Part shown: positions 49,151 to 53,655 of the stretch, one piece after another | How the letters are laid out: each line of letters begins with the position of its first letter | Numbering within the stretch: position 1 is the first letter of the stretch | From: Acidobacteriota bacterium | GTDB taxonomy: Bacteria; Acidobacteriota; UBA4820; DSQY01 | Assembly: GCA_037440125.1 (NCBI GenBank) | Contig: JBBIUU010000009.1 | Span: 1 to 53,655 of the forward strand | DNA length: 53,655 nucleotides | Direction of reading: 5' to 3' | Notes under the pieces: model-generated | What the model was told of the DNA's origin: nothing | The model's database searches: none | Seen by the model: only the letters and a program-made list of their open reading frames with translations | Program-made: the position numbers and the translations under genes

Positions 49151-49179
49151 CCGCCGGGTGACGCCTTCAAGCCCGGCGG
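49151..49179 (-). terminator. Hairpin between the ABC exporter and the DUF1844 gene (possible attenuator or weak terminator)
   Basis: On the minus strand: ccgccggg, a 13-nt loop, cccggcgg, then ugcuauguug. Confidence 0.25.
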
Positions 49180-49183
49180 AGGG

Positions 49184-51043
49184 TCACTTCATGCCTCCGG
49201 CCCCGGCGGCCCGGAACTCCAGGGCGGCCAGGGAGGCGTAGAGCCCGCCCGAGGCGATGAGCTCGGCGTGGGTTCCATCCTCCGCCACACGGCCCCCGTC
49301 GAGGACCACGATGCGGTCGGCGTTGAGGATGGTGGAGAGGCGGTGGGCGATGACGAGGGTCGTCCGGCCCTTGAGCAGGTTGAAGAGGGCCTGCTGGACG
49401 AGGTACTCGCTCTCCGAGTCGAGGGCCGAGGTGGCCTCGTCCAGGATGAGGATGGGCGGGTCCTTGAGGAGGGCCCGGGCGATGGCCATGCGCTGTCGCT
49501 GGCCCCCGGAGAGGGAGAACCCGCCCTCGCCGATGCGCGTCTCGTAGCCCTGGGGCAGCGCCGTGATGAAGTCGTGCGCGAGGGCCTGCCTGGCGGCCTC
49601 CTCCACGGCTTCGCGGGGTGCCCCCGGCCGGCCGTAGCCGATGTTGGCCGCCACCGTGTCGTCGAAGAGGACCGTCTCCTGGGAGACCATGCCGATCTGG
49701 GCGCGCAGGCTCGCGAGCGTCACCGTGGAGAGGTCGTGCCCGTCGATGGTGACTCTGCCCTCCTGGACGTCGAAGAGGCGCGGCAGGAGGTTCACGAGGG
49801 TCGTCTTCCCCGAGCCGGAGGAGCCCACGATGGCCACCGTCTGCCCCTTGGCGATGGACAGGTCCAGGTGGTCCAGCACCTGCTTCTCACCGTCGTAGGA
49901 GAAGGTCGCGCCCTCGTAGCGGATCCCCTCCGCGAAGGGCGGCAGGGGCGTCGCGTCGGGGCGGTCCACGACCCCGACTGGGTGGTCGAGGAGCTCCACG
50001 GAGCGCTCCGCCGCGGACACCGCCTGCTGGACGATGCTGTTGGCCTGGCTGAGCTTCTTTACGGGCACGTACATGGCGTAGAGGGTGGCGAGGAAGGCGC
50101 TGAAGGTGCCCATGGTCGCCTCGCCCGAGGTGATCCGGAAGTGCCCGTAGTAGAGGATCCCCGCCACGGCGCACCCGCCGATGAGCTCCATGAGCGGCGT
50201 CGTGAGCGCCATGACGCGCGTGGCCTTCAGGTTGGAGCGCAGGAGCTCTCCGTTGGCCCTGGCGAAGCGCGCCACCTCCTGGCCCTCCATCTGGAACATC
50301 TGGACGATGCGGACGCCCGTGATGCTCTCCTTCATCCGGGAGGAGAGGACGGCCATCTGTTCCTGGCTGCGCCGCGAGGTCTTCCGGAGCTTCCTCGAGA
50401 AGCGCGACACGGGGTAGGCGACCATGGGGATCGTGACCATGGAGATCAGCGTCAGGCGCCAGTCCTGCCAGAAGGCGCTCACGAGGAGCGCGACGAGCGA
50501 GAGCGCCGAGGTGGTGAGCTCGGTGAGCTTCTCGCTGATACTCGTCTTGATCCACTCGATGTCCGAGATGAGGCGCGAGATGAGCATCCCCGTGGGGTGT
50601 TTGGCGAAGAAGTCGTGGCTCTGGCCCATGATCCTGGCGTAGAGCGCGTTCCGGAGGTCGGTGATGGTGCTCAGCCCGACCTTGTCGACGGAGTACTTCC
50701 CCGCGTAGTTGAAGAGGCCCTTGAGGACGAGGATGACCACGAAGGTCAGGGGGATGTAGAGGAAGAGCCGCTCGCGGTCCGTGGGGAAGAGGAGGTCCAG
50801 GCCCAGGCGGTGCATGTAGCGCTGGAAGGTGTCGAGGCTGGCGTTCTTGGAGGGGTTCAGGAGCCCGTCGAAGATGAACCGGACCATGTAGATCTCGACG
50901 GCGTAGAGGCCGCTGCTGACGCCGAGGGCGGCGATGCCCGCCATGAACCGCCCCTTGTGGCGGCCCGCGAACTCCTTCCAGATCCTCGCCAGGGCCGCGA
51001 ACCCTACGGTCCGCCTCCGCGCCCCGCCCGCCGACGACGCCAT
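49184..51043 (-). CDS. ABC transporter, fused permease/ATPase (MsbA-like lipid/multidrug exporter type)
   Basis: Six-TM N-terminal half. Walker A GSSGSGKTTL, signature LSGGQRQRMAIARA, and Walker B ILILDEATSALD. Confidence 0.9.
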   Translation of the reverse strand: MASSAGGARRRTVGFAALARIWKEFAGRHKGRFMAGIAALGVSSGLYAVEIYMVRFIFDGLLNPSKNASLDTFQRYMHRLGLDLLFPTDRERLFLYIPLTFVVILVLKGLFNYAGKYSVDKVGLSTITDLRNALYARIMGQSHDFFAKHPTGMLISRLISDIEWIKTSISEKLTELTTSALSLVALLVSAFWQDWRLTLISMVTIPMVAYPVSRFSRKLRKTSRRSQEQMAVLSSRMKESITGVRIVQMFQMEGQEVARFARANGELLRSNLKATRVMALTTPLMELIGGCAVAGILYYGHFRITSGEATMGTFSAFLATLYAMYVPVKKLSQANSIVQQAVSAAERSVELLDHPVGVVDRPDATPLPPFAEGIRYEGATFSYDGEKQVLDHLDLSIAKGQTVAIVGSSGSGKTTLVNLLPRLFDVQEGRVTIDGHDLSTVTLASLRAQIGMVSQETVLFDDTVAANIGYGRPGAPREAVEEAARQALAHDFITALPQGYETRIGEGGFSLSGGQRQRMAIARALLKDPPILILDEATSALDSESEYLVQQALFNLLKGRTTLVIAHRLSTILNADRIVVLDGGRVAEDGTHAELIASGGLYASLAALEFRAAGAGGMK

Positions 51044-51154
51044 CCCTCGTTCCGCTCCTTGGCGCCCGCAGCGGTCCCCCGCGGCGGGCGAACCTCCAAC
51101 CGCCGGTCAGCCCGGGGGAGGCTCCCCTCGGTTCCGACGCTCGATAACCTGGAA

Positions 51155-51183
51155 ATTATGAGCGATATCAGGCCGTTGCGCAA
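51155..51183 (-). promoter_or_regulatory. Candidate sigma70-type promoter for the ABC exporter gene
   Basis: The minus strand reads TTGCGC, a 17-nt spacer, then CATAAT. It lies ~110 nt upstream of the ATG at 51043. Confidence 0.35.
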
Positions 51184-51205
51184 GCTTCCGGCGGGCCGGA
51201 AGGCC

Positions 51206-53167
51206 TCAGGAGTAGTACCGGATGAGGGCGTCCACGTAGGCCTCGGCCACCGCCTGGCGGAAGGAGGGGTCGGCGATGAGGGCCGCGTCCTTCGTGTTGT
51301 TCAGGTTGCACACCTCCACGAGGATCGAGCAGGGGACGATGGAGTTGCGCAGGACGGCCGGCACCCAGGAGCGGCGGCCCCGCACCACGTGGTCCCTCGT
51401 GGGGTTGTAGGGGTGCAGGGTGAGGCCCGCGTCGCCGAAGGAGGCCTCCATGTCCCGCGCGAGCTGGAGGGAGAGGCCCTCCGCGCGCTTCATCTGTTTC
51501 TCGGTCATCTCGTAGCAGCCCTTGGCCCGGACTTCCTTGTACCGCTCGTAGCTGTCTCCCGAGGAGCACCACCGCTCGTCCCGGTAGTCGGTGCCGGCGA
51601 CGTAGAACATGGTGCCGCGCAGCGACGGATGGAGGGAGTCGGCGTGGATGGAGGTGAACACCACGCGCTGCGGGTCCACGCCCTCCGCCTGGAGGCGCTC
51701 GTAGTACTGGTTCCCGAGGTGCCAGCGCAGGTTGACCTCCACCTTGGTCTCCGAGGAGGAGGTGAGGCGGAACCAGGGGTGGGTGAGGACGACGGCGTCG
51801 TCGTTGGGCGCCAGCTGGGCCTTGTCCACGGGCTTGTAGCCGAGGCTCGGGACGAGGAGGGTCATGAGAACTCGCGCCTTGGTGCGCTTGTCGATGGCCT
51901 CGCGGATCCGGCACGCGATGTCGTAGACGTAGGAGTCCTCCCACACCCCGTGCGCCATGGCGCCGCGGTCGAGGCCGCCGTGGCCCGGGTCCAGGACCAC
52001 CACGACGCCGTCGAGCGCGGCGCTCTTGTAGGTGTTCGTCACCTGGCCGAGCTCGCTCTGGTCCTTGGCCCACGCCTGGTAGCGCGCGCTCGTGGGCGGA
52101 AGGTATTGGGGCAGGAGGTCTTCGAGGGGGATCTTCACCGGGAAGCCCACGGGGATGCCCGTCACGTCGGCGATGCCGCTGCGTCTGGCGACCTCCATGG
52201 CGAGGGCGTTCACGTCGTCGGCGCCCAGGGTGCCCGTGAAACGGACCACCACCGAGCTGTAGAGGGCCTCCCCCTGCTGGAGGCGATAGACGGCGTACTC
52301 GCCCTGGTCGTCCTTGCCGTAGGTCAGCGGGGAGGCAGGCCCCCCGGTCTTCCCCTCGCCGGGGACCGGCGCGGGGGCGACGCCCTCGGCCGGCACTGGT
52401 GATGCGACCGGCGCAGGCTTGGGCGGCAGAGGCGGCCCGACGAAGCCCGGCTCGGGTTGGATCTCCCGCAGCGTGATCGTGGCCGGCTGGGGCGGTGCGG
52501 GCGGTCCCACGGGGCCCGCCGGAGCGGGTTTGGGGGAGGCGGCCTGCTGGGGGGCCGCGGCCGCGGGCGGCGCCGGGGGCTCCATCTCGGCGAGGGCGTC
52601 CGAGAGCAGCCCCTCGGGAACAAGGACCACCGTGCCCTGCTTGGGCAGCTCGCCCGCCCTCCGGTTCTCCTTCGCGATCTCCTTCGCGCGCTTGGGGGAG
52701 CCGCAGAACCACCGCGCCACGTCCTGCCACGTCTCGGCCTTGCCCCGCGGGCTCGAGCCCCAGGTGTGGCTCCACCCCTCGGAGGACCGCTCGTCGTCGG
52801 GGAAGAGCGCGCCCATGACCTCGTCCACGTAGACGGGGGTGAGGAGGTCGAGGGGGATGCGCACCTCCACGGGGCGCTTCCTCCCCGAGAGGCGGCTCGC
52901 GCTCAGGATGTCCTGAGCGTTTTCGGCGCTCCCCGTGAACTTCTTGGCCACGGCGGCCACGCCGCCTTTCTTTGGCACGGGCACGCGCAGGAAGAGCGCC
53001 CCCTCGAGGCACGCGCGGCGCCCCTCCTTCGTGGGGACGCAGTCGGTGTTCTCCTTGGCGGGCAGGGGGAGGGCGAGCACCGCAACCGCCAGGGCGAGCC
53101 CGAGGACGAACCAGCGCGAGGGTCGGGGGGCGCCGTTCGGCGGGCGGGGGGTGGGGGCGTTGGCCAT
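51206..53167 (-). CDS. N-acetylmuramoyl-L-alanine amidase (Amidase_3) with a long N-terminal region
   Basis: Internal ATG (MANAPTPRPP...WFVLGLALAVAVLAL signal-anchor). Catalytic domain VVLDPGHGG.D.GA, SIHADS and LVEV.NL.N..D. The track ORF extension to 53359 only translates the heptamer repeats. Confidence 0.85.
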   Translation of the reverse strand: MANAPTPRPPNGAPRPSRWFVLGLALAVAVLALPLPAKENTDCVPTKEGRRACLEGALFLRVPVPKKGGVAAVAKKFTGSAENAQDILSASRLSGRKRPVEVRIPLDLLTPVYVDEVMGALFPDDERSSEGWSHTWGSSPRGKAETWQDVARWFCGSPKRAKEIAKENRRAGELPKQGTVVLVPEGLLSDALAEMEPPAPPAAAAPQQAASPKPAPAGPVGPPAPPQPATITLREIQPEPGFVGPPLPPKPAPVASPVPAEGVAPAPVPGEGKTGGPASPLTYGKDDQGEYAVYRLQQGEALYSSVVVRFTGTLGADDVNALAMEVARRSGIADVTGIPVGFPVKIPLEDLLPQYLPPTSARYQAWAKDQSELGQVTNTYKSAALDGVVVVLDPGHGGLDRGAMAHGVWEDSYVYDIACRIREAIDKRTKARVLMTLLVPSLGYKPVDKAQLAPNDDAVVLTHPWFRLTSSSETKVEVNLRWHLGNQYYERLQAEGVDPQRVVFTSIHADSLHPSLRGTMFYVAGTDYRDERWCSSGDSYERYKEVRAKGCYEMTEKQMKRAEGLSLQLARDMEASFGDAGLTLHPYNPTRDHVVRGRRSWVPAVLRNSIVPCSILVEVCNLNNTKDAALIADPSFRQAVAEAYVDALIRYYS

Positions 53168-53203
53168 CAAAGAACAGTATAGCAAGGGGACGGGGGACAG
53201 GGA

Positions 53204-53300
<97 letters not shown>

Positions 53301-53520
53301 ATCAGCGGCTGAAGCAAAGTGCAGTCCGGAGTTCGCGAATTGGAGGGCACTCTCGCCAAGAAGAGGGGGGAGGTCGGATCTAGTGTGGCGTCTCAGGAAA
53401 AACCGCCATAATTCACTCTCATGGAGACGCCACACTTCCCAAGGGGCTCCTCGTGTCCTGTTGCGCCGCCCCAACTTATTCGGCGAACCGCTGTTGCAGG
53501 ACACTAGGGCCTGTTCACAC

Positions 53521-53651
53521 AACGGTTGAAGCTGGACTCGCTTTCGGAGCGCAGCGGAGAAAGCGGCGTCCCGACGCCGTTGGGCCTAGTGCGAGGAAGT
53601 CGAGCGGCCCGGGGCCGACTCGTACTTGAGTACTCGGAGCGCCCCGGGCCG
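53521..53651 (-). repeat. Copy B (opposite orientation) of the hairpin-containing dispersed repeat; possibly truncated by the window edge
   Basis: The reverse complement aligns to 33895-34016. The long hairpin gcggcccgggg...ccccgggccgc corresponds to cggcct(t)gggc...gcccaggccg in copy A. Confidence 0.75.
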
Positions 53652-53655
53652 CGAC

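Noticed and set aside
376-52402. Very long ORFs antisense to or overlapping the called genes. Examples: 376..1908(-), 1893..3806(-), 5109..6914(-), 6135..10046(+), 10068..12137(+), 16105..17364(-), 26508..28181(+), 37186..39432(-), 42378..44102(-), 45665..47416(+), 49268..52402(+).
   Set aside because: Their translations are dominated by Arg/Gly/Ala/Pro/His/Glu/Leu runs with no motifs. This is typical of stop-codon-poor alternative frames in GC-rich DNA. In every case the other frame or strand encodes a protein with clear family motifs and normal composition.

Overview
Very GC-rich bacterial chromosomal window with GC-dominated third codon positions. It is densely coding on both strands, with about 47 protein genes. 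I found no rRNA, tRNA, CRISPR array, transposase, integrase or phage genes. Many long antisense ORFs in the track are high-GC artefacts. Most genes are housekeeping: secreted PepC-like and M32 peptidases; an eno-ftsB-comF-lipoprotein-pyrK-pyrD-pyrF-radical SAM string; nrdR-hsp20-lon; acpS; a rhomboid protease; an RqcH/NFACT homologue; an SBP-MCP-CheW module; an MsbA-like ABC exporter; and an amidase. Gene starts were refined from the ORF track using Shine-Dalgarno spacing and the frequent GTGA/ATGA stop-start overlaps.

The standout is an eight-gene minus-strand operon (3523-14248). It has a sigma54-type -24/-12 element upstream and a single intrinsic terminator downstream. Gene order is: prepilin-like protein, archaemetzincin-type metalloprotease, di-haem CxxCH/TolB-like propeller protein, a 1,574-aa membrane-anchored coiled-coil giant, an FHA protein, two small unknowns, and a polytopic membrane protein. 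No canonical ATPase, secretin, kinase or known secretion or defence core gene is present. I regard it as a candidate undescribed envelope-associated system, and function is inference only.

Other non-genic structure:
- A dispersed family of GAAnnCG heptamer arrays at four intergenic loci, two of them arranged as inverted arrays in divergent promoter regions.
- A ~125-nt hairpin-containing repeat present twice in opposite orientation, with compensatory stem changes.
- A perfect 45-bp direct repeat bracketing a structured 234-bp segment upstream of nrdR.

All homology statements are by-eye motif recognition. No database search was run.
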